Source: Clostridia bacterium (lineage in GTDB: Bacteria > Bacillota > Clostridia > Oscillospirales > CAG-272). From it: 64,000 nucleotides of DNA. Under the pieces are notes generated by a model that saw nothing but the letters and a program-made list of their open reading frames with translations, was not told the origin of the DNA and searched no databases. Where the stretch lies: NCBI GenBank assembly GCA_017451915.1, contig JAFTNJ010000039.1:87532-151531 (forward strand). Direction: 5' to 3'. Of this stretch, positions 18,563 to 29,900 are shown piece after piece; positions within the stretch are counted from its first letter, which is position 1; each line of letters begins with the position of its first letter. The position numbers and the translations under genes were made by a program.

Positions 18563-21500
18563 TTATTTGTTTGGATAGTAAACGTAGTTCTCGCTGGAGA
18601 AGTGGATCTCCTTGAGGTTATCCGCCAGGAATTTATTTGCCACCAACCGATTATACAGGCTGGAGGTTACGCTCTTTGCCGTGGGAAGCGGCCAGAGGGC
18701 AACGGTGGTGTCGTATTCCTCGTTGACAATGTACTGATAGAATTCGATCTGTCCGTTGTAGCCGTGGTGGATTACCTGCAGGAAGTCGGCATCCAGCAGA
18801 GTTCCCGCCATCTTGTTACATTCCTTCTCCGCAGCCTCCTCCAGGTCGCCCGCCACCAGGTAGGTCTTACCCGCATGGGTGATCTTATAGGCCGTATTGG
18901 AGAGGTTAAAGTTTTTGATGGAGTTGGGGTAGAAATCCTCGTGCGTAAAGAGAATCTCGATGGTACAGTCAGCAAACTGATATACCATACCCGTGTGGGC
19001 TACCAGGTTGGGATAGCGCTCCAGCAACCGATACATACGGGGATAACGGATCGAATAGTAATCTACCTTCAGGTTACTGCCGGGAAGGGAACGGGCGTAC
19101 TCGTAGGACGGGAAGTTATACATATAGTTCTGGATCTCGATCTCGTCGCGGTACATCTTCTCCAGCTCCCAGGCCACGTTCATGTGGTCGGAGTGCAGGT
19201 GGGTAAAGAGCCATGCGGCTACAACCACCTTGCCGTTGGGAGAATTCTCCTTCATAAAGTTGTAGAGATCCCGAACCTCCTGAATATCCTTGGCGTTGCC
19301 GTCGGTGAGCTGACCGCCGTCGACAACAACGTATCGTCCGTCGGACAGGCGGTAGACCATGCAAAGTCCCTGGCCGTAGCTGGAGCCGGTATTCCGCAGG
19401 GAGAACATGGGCTCGGTCACCTTCTCATAGGAACCGGCCTGCTCCTTTACCGCCGTGTAATCGTTGTACTCGTCGATGTTGGCTACCACCACGCGCATAT
19501 TGGAGTTGCCCTCGCAGAAGTAGACGTGGACCATAAAGTCCTCGTTGGTGTAGGTACGGAAATGATTCTGCTTCTCGTTGTCGCCACCCTCCCTATAGTT
19601 TGGCGTGTCAAAGGGCAGATACTCGTAGGTGGTGGTGCGGGATTCCTTGAGCGCAAAGCCCGCGGCAACCATCTTTTCGTTGTAGGCCAGGAAATTCTCG
19701 TAGGTGGTCTTGTTGAGGACGTAGGTGCAGTTATCGTTGAAGTTTCCGTCGTAGAGCACGGCACCCTCCAGCGTGGGGACCTCGGCCTTGTTGGCCGTGG
19801 GCGCGCCCTTGACCACGTAAACGTCACGAATGTGGAAGGATTTTGCCTTATCCACACCGTTCTTATCGTAAGGCATACGGAAGGTGATGGTGTGCTTGCC
19901 CTTGGTCAACGCCTTGCCGTAGCCTACCAGGTAAGCGTTGCAATCCTCGGCATTGTCCCGCAGGATCTCGTCCTGCACCACGATGGTGTAGGTCAGCTCG
20001 GTCTGGGAGGCGTAGGATTCGTCGTCGATCTGTACCAGGGCGTAGCGGGTCTCCTCCACGCCGGCCGTTCCCTTGAGGCGGATCTGGAAGCAGAATTCGT
20101 AGTAGCCGTCCTCCTCCACCTCAAAGCTCCAGGTGTGGTAAGCCTCGTAGCGATCCAGGGACTCGCCAAACTGGGCGGCGTAGCTGCCGGGATCGGGATA
20201 ATAATGGAAGAGAACGTTCTCGTTCAAACGATACGCCGTGGATCCTTGGGACACCCAATCGCAGTTGTTGCCGCAGGTGCAGGTGTTTTTGAGGACGTAC
20301 TGATCGGGCTTGCTCAACGCCGCGGCGGTAACGCAGGAAAGATTGGTTCCGGCGGGATAGTCGATCTTCTTTTGAGAGATGATTCCCACCGCGTTGGCGA
20401 ATTCCGCAGGCAGACTTGGGCTGAAGTGCTTGCGCTCGAAGGCCAGCACCTCCGCGGGCTCCTGTCCGTACTCCCGCAGACCGTAGCCGTAATTCCTCTC
20501 GGCTTCAGGGTCCTGGGCGGTAAAGGGAACCACGCTCAGGAAGCAGTTCTCCACGTAAGCGTAGGTATAGCCGTCCCGCTCCACCAGCTCCACGTCGACA
20601 GAGGGGATCCCGGTGATGGTAAGAGTAAAAAGATAATCCGATTGGCACTCCCGGGCGGTGATCACTTCCCCGCCTGCGGAAAGGCTCTTATAAATGTTGG
20701 GACAGTAAACGGTCCTGGTCGTGGTGGTCACCTTTTCTCCCAGGGTGCGGGTGGTGACGTCAAAGCCGAGGAAGAGATCGTCGGCCGAGAGATTCTTCAC
20801 ACCAAAGACATAGCGGAAATCATAGGTATCGTCCGACGAATTGCCCACGCCGTCGACGCCGGGATTACGGCGGTACTGCATACCCACGGTACGGAAGACA
20901 GCCTCTTCGTTCACCGGCTCCAGGTACTCCTCCACGGTGGGGATCTCGTTGTACCAGCGATAGGTCACGTTCTCGGGTTGGATCACCGCGGCGTTGTCCT
21001 GGTTGTAGCCCAGGGTAGCAAAGAAGACGTCATCCTCCTCACAATTCGCCCGCGCCATTTCTACGTCGATGTTGACGTTCTTCAGATTTACGGTGGTGGT
21101 ACGCAGGGCACCGATCAGACCGCCCGAATAGGTGGGATGGTTCCCAACGTCGGTGGTGGTCATCTTTGCAACCACCTCACAATCCGAGATCGTTGCCTTG
21201 TAGGAGGACATCTGCCCCGCGTTTCCAAGGTTGATCATACCAATAAAGGCACCCACGTAAGGGTTCTTGGTGGAATTGAGACGGAAGTCCAGCTCGGCAT
21301 CCACCGTGCAGTTGGTGGCCTCAAAGATCCGGCAGGTCTGCACGAAACCGAGAAGACCGCCCGAGGTACGGTTGGCCGTGATCTTGCCCGTGCTGTGACA
21401 GTTGTTCAGAGTGATCGACTCGATGGTGCGTCCGCTACCAACCAGGTAGCCACCAATACCGCCCATCCAGCAACCGCCGCCAACCGTGCCCAGGTAGGTC

Positions 21501-22543
21501 AGGTCACCGCTGTTGCGACAACCGGTAAAGGAAAGGTATCCACCGCCGGCGTAGCGTCCCACCATACCACCGGCCTGCCCCGAATCGGAGTTGGAAAGAA
21601 TGGTGATGTCCCCCGTGTTGGTGCAGCTGCGGAAGGTTGCCGTGCCGGCAAACTCATCGAACATTCCCACCATGCCGCCCAGCTGCTCCTTGCCGCTGAT
21701 CGCTCCGCTGTTTTTGCAGGATTGGAAGGTCACCTGGGTCACATCTACCTTAACGCTTCCCGCCATGCCGCCCACCTTGGAGCCGGCCGAGGTCAGCGAC
21801 CCGGCAAATTCACAGCCACTGAAAAGCGCCGATCCGGTGCCGTCCACCGCGCCAACGATGCCGCCAACGCAATGGAACAGATTGGTGCCCGACGCTCCGG
21901 TTACGGTAGCATTGGAATAAAGATTGGAAAGGATGGCCGTCTTGCCCGCGGCGGTGATCACCCGGGCAAACAGAGTACCAACAAAGCTTTGCTCGGTTTT
22001 GGATTCCAGCGTGTAAGAAGCGTCCGCCACGGCAAGATCCGTCACGGTAGCCCCTCCGCCCAGATTTCCGAGCAGAGCCTGCCCCCCGGCGGTGCAGGTC
22101 ATAGCAAAGCCCCCCACCGTTTTGCCGTTGCCGTTCAGGGTACCGGCAAAGAGGGCCTCGGGATTGGCTCCCGAAAGGAAAGCCTTCCCCAGATCCACGT
22201 TGGTCTCCAGGGTTACGGTGGCTCCCTCGAAGGTGGTTCCGCCATGAAGCAGAAGCAAAAAGCCAACGAAATCGGCAGCGTCCTTCAGGGAAAACGCGGT
22301 CTTGTCCGCCGCATACCAGGAGGTGTCGGCACCGCTGACCGCGGCCGAGAGCTGAATGGCTCCCCCCGTCCACTTGGAGGCATTCGTTGCCCAATCGGCC
22401 TGATAGCCGATCTTGTCACAACCGCTCTCCTCGGCGGGATAGAAGGTAAGATCCAAAGGCGCATCCGTCAGGGCGTTTCCGCAGGAGGAAAGGCTTGTCA
22501 GGAGCATTGCGCCCAGCAAAAGGATCGACAGTAAGCGTTTCAT
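18563..22543 (-). CDS. large lipoprotein, paralog 1: GLUG-like beta-helix + Cys motif + CBM-like domain + C-terminal ComEC/Rec2-type MBL hydrolase
   Basis: Lipobox LSSC; VGGIVG/CxNxG repeats; CTCGNNC; THLHSDH, FTHED, AGDLE, QVIHHG. Confidence 0.75.
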   Translation of the reverse strand: MKRLLSILLLGAMLLTSLSSCGNALTDAPLDLTFYPAEESGCDKIGYQADWATNASKWTGGAIQLSAAVSGADTSWYAADKTAFSLKDAADFVGFLLLLHGGTTFEGATVTLETNVDLGKAFLSGANPEALFAGTLNGNGKTVGGFAMTCTAGGQALLGNLGGGATVTDLAVADASYTLESKTEQSFVGTLFARVITAAGKTAILSNLYSNATVTGASGTNLFHCVGGIVGAVDGTGSALFSGCEFAGSLTSAGSKVGGMAGSVKVDVTQVTFQSCKNSGAISGKEQLGGMVGMFDEFAGTATFRSCTNTGDITILSNSDSGQAGGMVGRYAGGGYLSFTGCRNSGDLTYLGTVGGGCWMGGIGGYLVGSGRTIESITLNNCHSTGKITANRTSGGLLGFVQTCRIFEATNCTVDAELDFRLNSTKNPYVGAFIGMINLGNAGQMSSYKATISDCEVVAKMTTTDVGNHPTYSGGLIGALRTTTVNLKNVNIDVEMARANCEEDDVFFATLGYNQDNAAVIQPENVTYRWYNEIPTVEEYLEPVNEEAVFRTVGMQYRRNPGVDGVGNSSDDTYDFRYVFGVKNLSADDLFLGFDVTTRTLGEKVTTTTRTVYCPNIYKSLSAGGEVITARECQSDYLFTLTITGIPSVDVELVERDGYTYAYVENCFLSVVPFTAQDPEAERNYGYGLREYGQEPAEVLAFERKHFSPSLPAEFANAVGIISQKKIDYPAGTNLSCVTAAALSKPDQYVLKNTCTCGNNCDWVSQGSTAYRLNENVLFHYYPDPGSYAAQFGESLDRYEAYHTWSFEVEEDGYYEFCFQIRLKGTAGVEETRYALVQIDDESYASQTELTYTIVVQDEILRDNAEDCNAYLVGYGKALTKGKHTITFRMPYDKNGVDKAKSFHIRDVYVVKGAPTANKAEVPTLEGAVLYDGNFNDNCTYVLNKTTYENFLAYNEKMVAAGFALKESRTTTYEYLPFDTPNYREGGDNEKQNHFRTYTNEDFMVHVYFCEGNSNMRVVVANIDEYNDYTAVKEQAGSYEKVTEPMFSLRNTGSSYGQGLCMVYRLSDGRYVVVDGGQLTDGNAKDIQEVRDLYNFMKENSPNGKVVVAAWLFTHLHSDHMNVAWELEKMYRDEIEIQNYMYNFPSYEYARSLPGSNLKVDYYSIRYPRMYRLLERYPNLVAHTGMVYQFADCTIEILFTHEDFYPNSIKNFNLSNTAYKITHAGKTYLVAGDLEEAAEKECNKMAGTLLDADFLQVIHHGYNGQIEFYQYIVNEEYDTTVALWPLPTAKSVTSSLYNRLVANKFLADNLKEIHFSSENYVYYPNK

Positions 22544-22610
22544 AGAGGTCTCCTTTCTTTCAAGGATCCCCCCGAGGGAGAAAGGTGCTCGATCGGGGGG
22601 ATGGGGGAAA

Positions 22611-25600
22611 TTATTCGAAATCGGTAAACACGTAGTTCTCTACGGCGAAGAAGATATTGTCATTGGCAAGATCGTTCTCGTTACGGAACATATCTCTGAG
22701 CCACTGGTTGGCGATGGCACGAGCCGAATCTCCGTTGTAGTAGCTCATGCTCTCTCCCTTGGGCAGAGGCCATACCACGATGGTATCGGTATTGAACTCA
22801 CCGTTGGCATCCAGACCTACGATGTACTTGTAGAACTCGATCTGGCCGTTTCCGCCGTGGTGGGTCACCTGCAGGAAATCAGACTCCAGCAGAGTGCCGC
22901 TCTGCTTAATGGCACGCTTTTGTCCCGGCTCCTCCAGGTCGCCCGCCACCAGGAAGGTCTTGCCTGCCAGAGTGATCTTATAGACGGTGGAAGAGTTGTT
23001 ATAGGAGAAGATCTTTTCGGGGTAGAAATCCTCATGGGTGTGAAGGATATCAATGGTGCAATCGGCAAACTGGTAGGTAAAGCCGGTGTGAGCTACCAGG
23101 TTGTTGTTATTGTTATGGGTTGCGTGGGTGGTGTTGGGGTAATAGAAGGTAAAGTTGGAGTTGCGGTAATTGGAGCCGTACAGGGTGCTGACGTACTCGT
23201 AGGACGGGAAGTTGTAGATATAGTTCTGCACGTCGGCGCCCTTGCCCTGGTACATCTGCGCAAACTTGAACATCACGCTGATGTGGTCGGAATGGTGATG
23301 GGTTGCGATCCACGCCGCAATGGTGATGGTGTTCTCTTCACCGGGCAGGTGGTCGTTCTCCTGGAGCCAATCGTACAAGCGCTCCACAGCCTCACCCTCG
23401 GTGTCGGTCTCCTTCCAGTGGCCGCCATCCACAATGATAAAGCGTCCGTCAGAGAGACGGTACACCAGGCACAAACCGTTGGTAACACCGGTCACCTTGG
23501 TTCCCTTATTGGTTCCCTTGGTCAGAACCAGGTCGGGACCGCCAATATCCAGCATCGCAAACATGGGAGTGGTTACCGCGGTGTAGGTTTCGTTCTCGGC
23601 CTTCACCTCTGCATACTTTTCGTAAGCGTCTACGTAATCCACCACGATACGAATGGACTTGGCACCCTCGGTGTAGTAAACGTAAACCATGTAATCCTCG
23701 TTGGTGTAGAGGTAGAAGTTATTGTACATGGTCTTGTTGCTCGTGTAGTTTGCGGTATCAAAGCTACTGAACTGGTAAGAGGTCCGTCTCTGATCCTGCA
23801 GGGTAAAGCCGGACTTGACCAGCTTTGCGCGATAGGTGGTCAGAGTAGACAGGCTGGTGTCTTCCAGGTAGTAGGTCACGCAGGAATCGTAGTTGGACTC
23901 GTACAGCTGAGCACCCGTGGGCAGCGGAATATCAGCATTCACGGGCAGGGGTGCGCCCTTGACCATGTAGATATCACGGATGTGGAAGCTGGAGCTCTTG
24001 TTCTCATCCACCGTATCGTAGGGAGAACGGAAGGTGATGCTGTGCTTGCCTGCGGTGAGGTAAGCGCCGTAGCCAACGATGTAGGCGTTGTGGTTGGTAG
24101 CGTTATCGCGGTTGGCACCGTCGCGTACGGCTACGTTGTAGTAGAGCTCGGTCTGGCTGCCGTAGGACTGATCGTCGATCTGCACCAGAGCGTAGCGGAT
24201 CTGCGTGCCGCCGTTGGTTCCGTTGAGACGGATGCGGAAGCAGAACTCGTAGTAGCCGTCCTCTGCCACCTCAAAATCCCAAGAATGATAAGCCTCGTAG
24301 CGATCCAGCGTCTCGCCAAAGTACTTGGAATTGGCATAAGTAGTGGTGTCAATGTAGTAGTGATACGGCATAGACGCGGTGTTCTTATAAGCGATGGCAC
24401 CGTTGGCACTCCATCCGGCGTCGCACGCGCCGCCGCAGGTGCAGTTGTACTGCAGACAGTACTGATCATTGCTACCCAGCTTCTTGTAGTTCTGGCAATC
24501 CAGATTCTTGGGAGTGGAGTAGGTGATCTTCTTGCCGGTGAGGATGCCCTGAACACCTGCAAACTTTTCGGGAAGCTTTACGCTGAAGGTCTCGTAACCA
24601 AAGGTGAAGCGCTCGGGATCCTTGGTGTAGTTCAGGATGCCGTGGCCACGGTTGGGCTCGGACTCCTCGGTCTCCTGGGTAAAGGGAACGATGTCCAGAA
24701 TGGTGTTCTTAATGTAGGCCACGGTGTAGCCATTCTCCGCCGTCAATTCTACCTGGTCTGCGGGAACACCCGAAATGGTCAGGGTGTAAAGATAGCTGCA
24801 GCCGTACTGTGCGGCGGTGTACTTGGCGTTATCGCCCTGAATCGTCTTATAAAGCACGGGACAGTAGACCTTCTTGGTGTCGGTGGTCACGTCCTTGCCC
24901 AGTTTCTTCACGGTCACCTCAAAGCCCAGAGCCTTGTCGGTGGTCTCGATCTTGCCGATACCGAATACGAAACGGATATCGTAGCTGCCGTCAGCGTTCA
25001 CGCGGTACTGCTGACCAACGGGCTTGAAGCAGGAGATTTCGGAAGGATCGATAAAGTCATTAATGCGTACGAAGGAATCTCTTGCGATGTAAGCCAGATC
25101 GGTTACGGTAAAGAAGGATTTGGAGGAAGTGAGGGTGGGAGCATCACCGGTACTGGCGCCGTCGGAATAACCGCCCAGAACCACGCCGGCGTAATCGTCG
25201 TTGCCGCAGCCATCACCGCGAACGAAGCGCGCGGAGACCTCACAGCCGCTGATCTCAAAGGTGGTAGCGCGAGCCACACCGATCAGGCCGCCAACGTAAG
25301 TGATGTTGCCAATGGGATCTCTGTGGCGAATGGTGCCTGCCACCGAGCAATTCTCGATGACGGCAGGAGATGCCTTGGAAGACAGGTTGATGTTTCCTGC
25401 CAGACCGCCAAAGGCACTGTACTTTTGCTCCTGGCAAATAAACTCCATGTCAGCGTTCACGGTGCAGTTCTTCATGGTGAAGTTGTTCGTACCCTGAATG
25501 GCACCCAGGATGCCGCCGGAGCAACGGTTGGCACCCACAATATTACCGGTATTGGAGCAGTTGGTAATATTTACCGTCTCGGCAACCGCGCCGGAGTAGT

Positions 25601-26696
25601 TGAAGAAATATCCGCCGATACCGGCAACCCAAGCACCGTTGCTGCCTCCGGTACCGTGCATGGAATCGTAAGTGATCTTTCCCGTGTTGGAGCACTTGTC
25701 AATGGTCAGAACCGAGTTGTTCTTACCGGTATAGTTACTCAGAATACCGGCCATTCTGGAACCACTGTTGCCGTTGGGCATGATCAGCGCGCCGTTGTTG
25801 GTACAATTCGAAATGGTGGCCGTGCCGTCCATACCGGTAAGGCTACCAATGATACCCGCGGTATAGGAGGAACCCGAGATCTTTGCATTGTTGATGCAGT
25901 TGGTAACGGTCAGGGTTCCCTTCCAGCCGCTGATCACGCCCACAATGCCTGCGGTATAGTTGCCCTTGTTGGTCAGGGCCGCGCCGTTGGTGCACTTGTC
26001 GATGATCAGCGTACCTGCGCCGGAGGCCGAGCCGATGATACCGCCAATGTTGGAAACGGACTTGGTGCCGTCGGCCGTGGAGCGGGCGATCTTACTGGTG
26101 CTGTCAACGATGACGTTGGAAACCGTTACGGTCTTTCCCGATACACCGGTGATCTTGGAGATCACAACACCAAAGTTGGAGGTTGCCGCTTCGGTAGGCT
26201 TCAGGGTGAACTGACCCTTGACCACCTTCAGGTTCTTTACGGTAGCCGCACCGCCAATGGCACCCAGCAGGGACTGGTTGCTCTCGGAGGTAAAGGTTGC
26301 CTTAAAACCGCCGATCTCATAATTTTGACCGTCGAAGGTTCCCTGGAAGTAGTTCGAGGAGGTGGGAATGGCCCAGGCCTTATCGCCCAGGTTGATGTCA
26401 TTCTTCAGCTTCACGGTCTTGCCGGCAAAGGTCGTGCCGGAGGCCACAAGCTCAACAAAGCCCTTGAGGTCAGCACCGTCTGCAAGATAGAAGGTGGTTG
26501 CAGAGGTGTTGGCGGTGTACCAGGTCTTATCCACCGCGGTACCGTTCCACGCGGTTCTGGAGGTATAGGCCACCGCAGTGGAGTCCTCATCTCCAAGGTA
26601 CGCGTCGAGGTCGAGTTGTCCCTGCTGCATTCCGCAGGATGCCAGGATCGACATCAGCATTGCGAACAACAGAAGGACGGAAATCAGTTTTTTCAT
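22611..26696 (-). CDS. large lipoprotein, paralog 2 (same architecture)
   Basis: Lipobox LASC; AGIVG/CxNxG repeats; CTCGGAC; THHHSDH, THED, AGDLE, QVTHHG. Confidence 0.75.
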   Translation of the reverse strand: MKKLISVLLLFAMLMSILASCGMQQGQLDLDAYLGDEDSTAVAYTSRTAWNGTAVDKTWYTANTSATTFYLADGADLKGFVELVASGTTFAGKTVKLKNDINLGDKAWAIPTSSNYFQGTFDGQNYEIGGFKATFTSESNQSLLGAIGGAATVKNLKVVKGQFTLKPTEAATSNFGVVISKITGVSGKTVTVSNVIVDSTSKIARSTADGTKSVSNIGGIIGSASGAGTLIIDKCTNGAALTNKGNYTAGIVGVISGWKGTLTVTNCINNAKISGSSYTAGIIGSLTGMDGTATISNCTNNGALIMPNGNSGSRMAGILSNYTGKNNSVLTIDKCSNTGKITYDSMHGTGGSNGAWVAGIGGYFFNYSGAVAETVNITNCSNTGNIVGANRCSGGILGAIQGTNNFTMKNCTVNADMEFICQEQKYSAFGGLAGNINLSSKASPAVIENCSVAGTIRHRDPIGNITYVGGLIGVARATTFEISGCEVSARFVRGDGCGNDDYAGVVLGGYSDGASTGDAPTLTSSKSFFTVTDLAYIARDSFVRINDFIDPSEISCFKPVGQQYRVNADGSYDIRFVFGIGKIETTDKALGFEVTVKKLGKDVTTDTKKVYCPVLYKTIQGDNAKYTAAQYGCSYLYTLTISGVPADQVELTAENGYTVAYIKNTILDIVPFTQETEESEPNRGHGILNYTKDPERFTFGYETFSVKLPEKFAGVQGILTGKKITYSTPKNLDCQNYKKLGSNDQYCLQYNCTCGGACDAGWSANGAIAYKNTASMPYHYYIDTTTYANSKYFGETLDRYEAYHSWDFEVAEDGYYEFCFRIRLNGTNGGTQIRYALVQIDDQSYGSQTELYYNVAVRDGANRDNATNHNAYIVGYGAYLTAGKHSITFRSPYDTVDENKSSSFHIRDIYMVKGAPLPVNADIPLPTGAQLYESNYDSCVTYYLEDTSLSTLTTYRAKLVKSGFTLQDQRRTSYQFSSFDTANYTSNKTMYNNFYLYTNEDYMVYVYYTEGAKSIRIVVDYVDAYEKYAEVKAENETYTAVTTPMFAMLDIGGPDLVLTKGTNKGTKVTGVTNGLCLVYRLSDGRFIIVDGGHWKETDTEGEAVERLYDWLQENDHLPGEENTITIAAWIATHHHSDHISVMFKFAQMYQGKGADVQNYIYNFPSYEYVSTLYGSNYRNSNFTFYYPNTTHATHNNNNNLVAHTGFTYQFADCTIDILHTHEDFYPEKIFSYNNSSTVYKITLAGKTFLVAGDLEEPGQKRAIKQSGTLLESDFLQVTHHGGNGQIEFYKYIVGLDANGEFNTDTIVVWPLPKGESMSYYNGDSARAIANQWLRDMFRNENDLANDNIFFAVENYVFTDFE

Positions 26697-26737
26697 ACGC
26701 TTGAAATCCTTTCCAAAAATAAAATTTCTGTTCCTAT

Positions 26738-26766
26738 ATTATAGCAGACACAAAAAAAGTTGTCAA
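26738..26766 (-). promoter_or_regulatory. consensus sigma-A promoter of paralog 2
   Basis: TTGACA-17 bp-TATAAT with TG extension. Confidence 0.8.
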
Positions 26767-26922
26767 GACGAACCATAAAAAATCCTTTTTCCCCCGATCC
26801 TTTTTGGCGTTTTATACAAATAAAGAGCAGTTTTTTTGGCAGTTCCATTCGATGGTTCTCGGCGGAAAAAGGAATTGCCCCCGACCACCCTTTTGGGAAG
26901 CCGGGGGCAACGGATTGAACCG

Positions 26923-29900
26923 TTAATTAAAATCGGTGAACACGTAGTTTTCGCTTGCAAAGAAGATATTGTCATTTGCAAGGTCATTCTCGTTACGGAA
27001 CATATCTCTGAGCCAACGCATTGCAATGGCGCGGGCGGAGGTTCCCTCGTACCAGGACATATCCTCACCCTTGGGCAGAGGCCAAACGATGATGGTATCG
27101 GTATTGAACTTACCGTTGGCATCCAGGCCTACGATGTACTTGAAGAACTCGATCTGGCCGTTGCAGCCGTGGTGGGTAACCTGCAGGAAGTCGGACTCCA
27201 GCATGGTGCCGCACTGCTTGTTGGCCGCCTTTTGACCGGGCTCCTCCAGGTCACCGGCGATCAGGAAGGTCTTGCCCGCAAAGGTGATCTTGTATACGGT
27301 GGAGGAGTTGTTGAAGGAGGAGATCTTTTCGGGATAGAAGTCCTCGTGAGTAAAGAGAATATCAATGTTGCAATCGGCAAACTGATAGTTGAAGCCGGTA
27401 TGAGCGATGAGATTGTTGTTACGCTGCATCAGGTTGTGCATATTGGGGAACCACTTGCTGTAATAATCGGGGTTACAGGTGGAGCCCGAAACCGTCTGCG
27501 CGTAATCGTAGGACGGGAAGTTGTAGAGGTAGTTCTGGATCTCTACCTTGCCGTTCTGTCCGTACATCTCCTCAAACTTCCACTCTACGCTGATGTGGTC
27601 GGAGTGATGGTGGGTAATGATCCACGCCGCAATGGTGAGCTTGTTGTTCTCGCCGGGCAGATGGTCATTCGCCTGGAGCCAATCGTACAAGCGCTTTACG
27701 CCCGCACCGTTGGTATCGTTTTCGAACCAGTAGCCGCCGTCCACAATGACGAAGCGTCCGTCGGAGAGACGGAAGACGTAGCACATACCGTTGGTTACCG
27801 TCCAGCTGGGATTAGCGTCGTTCACACCGCCAATGTCCAGCATTGCAAACAGAGGCGTGGTCACGGTCTCGTAGGTCTTGTTCTCGTTCCGAACCTCTAC
27901 GTACTTTTCGTACTCGGCAATATCGTCCACCACCACGCGGATCTTGCGGGCACCCTCGGTGTAGTACACGTAGATCATGTAATCCGCATTGGTGTAGAGG
28001 TAGAAGTTGTTATACAAAGGCGTGTTCTGCTTGTGATTCTCGGAGTCAAAGGCGCTGGTCTTATACTCGGTCGTGCGCTCCTCCTGCAGAACGTAGCCGG
28101 CAGCCTCCAGCTTCTGGCGGTAGGCATCCAGCGTCTTCTTGGTGGTGTTGTTCAGAATGTAGGTGCAGGTGCTGTCAAAGTTGCCGTCGTACAGGGTAGC
28201 ACCGTCCAGCATGGGAATATCCGCCTGAGAGGGCTCGGCCGCACCCTTGACCAGATAGATGTCACGAATGTGGAAGCTGATGTTCTTGTTGATCTCCTCC
28301 GTATCGTAGGGGACACGGAAGGTGATGCTGTGGGTTCCCTTGGTGAGGTACTTGCCGTAGTTGGAGAGGTAGGAATCGTGGTTTGCGGCATTGTCACGGA
28401 GAGAACCGTCACGCACTACCACGTTGTAGTAGAATTCGGTCTGCTCGCTGTAGCACTCGTCGTCAAACTGTACCAGGGCGTAACGGGTCTGGGTACCTCC
28501 CTCGGAGCCGTTGAGACGGATGCGGAAGCAGATCTCATAGTAACCGTCCTCGGCCACCTCAAAGGTCCAGGTGTGGTACGCCTCGTAGCGATCCAGCTCC
28601 TCGCCAAAGTACTTGCTGTTGGCATAGCTGCTGGTATCGATGTAGTAATGGTAAGGAACGTTGGCGTTCTTTTTGTAAGCAATGGCACCGGTGGAGCCCC
28701 AGCCGGCCTTACATACGTCGCCGCCGCAGGTGCAGTTCTTTTGCAGAACGTACTGATCGTTGCTGCCCAGCTGCAGGTAGTTCTGACAGCCCAGGCCCGA
28801 AGCAGGATTGTAGGTAACGTTGTATTTGCTCAAAATTCCCTGCACACCCTCAAACTTTTCGGGCAGGAAGGAGGAGAAATCCTTGACCTCAAAGGTGTAG
28901 GTCTCGGGGGTCTTTGCAAAATCCGAAATGCCCATGGAGGTGGTCGCCTCGGCATCGGCGTTCACCTTGGCAAAGGGCAGGATGCTGATGATGGTATCCT
29001 TTACGTAGGCGGCGGTGTAGTTGCCAAAGTCCTCAAACTCCACCTTGTCGGCGGGAATTCCCTTGATGGTGGTGGTGTAGAAATATTTGCAGCCGTAATC
29101 GCCGGGGTTGTAGGTCACGTTGCCGCCCTTGAGGTTGGCGAGCACGGTGTTGCCGCTCTCGGAGGTGGTGCTGACGTTGACCTTGGTGCCCAGCTCCTTA
29201 AGAACCAGGTCGGCGCCAACAAGGGCGTCGTCGGCTTCATGGTGAACCACACCAAAGACGAAGCGGATATCGTAGGTACCGTCGGCGTTCTTGCGGAACT
29301 GCTGGCCCAGGGGCTTGAACACGGTGGTGTCGCTTTCCAGGATCAGGAAGTTCTCGGCATCGGCTACGCCGTTGTGATATTTGTAGGTGACGTTATTGGT
29401 GGTCAGGGTGGCCGAGCCGTTCTCGTTCAGACCCAGGGCCACGTTGATCACGTCGTCCTCCTCGCAGTTCTTCTTGCTAAACTCCACGTCCACGTCACAA
29501 TCGGACAGGGCAATGCTACTGGAGCGGATGGCACCGAACAGACCGCCGGCGTAAACGGCAACGGCCTGGGTCTCGTTCACCGTCAGGTGACCGCTGACCG
29601 TACAGTTGGAGATCTTTGCCTCGGTGCTGCTGTTGGTATGAATAATACCCACCAGACCGCCAACGTAGAAGTTACCGGTGTGCATGATATTAAAGGTGAG
29701 GGCAGCGTTGACGCTGCAGTTTTCGATCACCAGGGTGTTGCAGCGCTGAATGAAGCCCGCAAGGCCGCCCGAGGTACGGTTGGCCACCAGCGCGCCGGTG
29801 TTGTGACAGTCACGCAGGGTCACGGAGCCGAGCTGAGAAGCACCGGTGCCGTAAACATAGCCCACGATACCGCCCATCCAGGCACCGCCGTTCTTGGCAC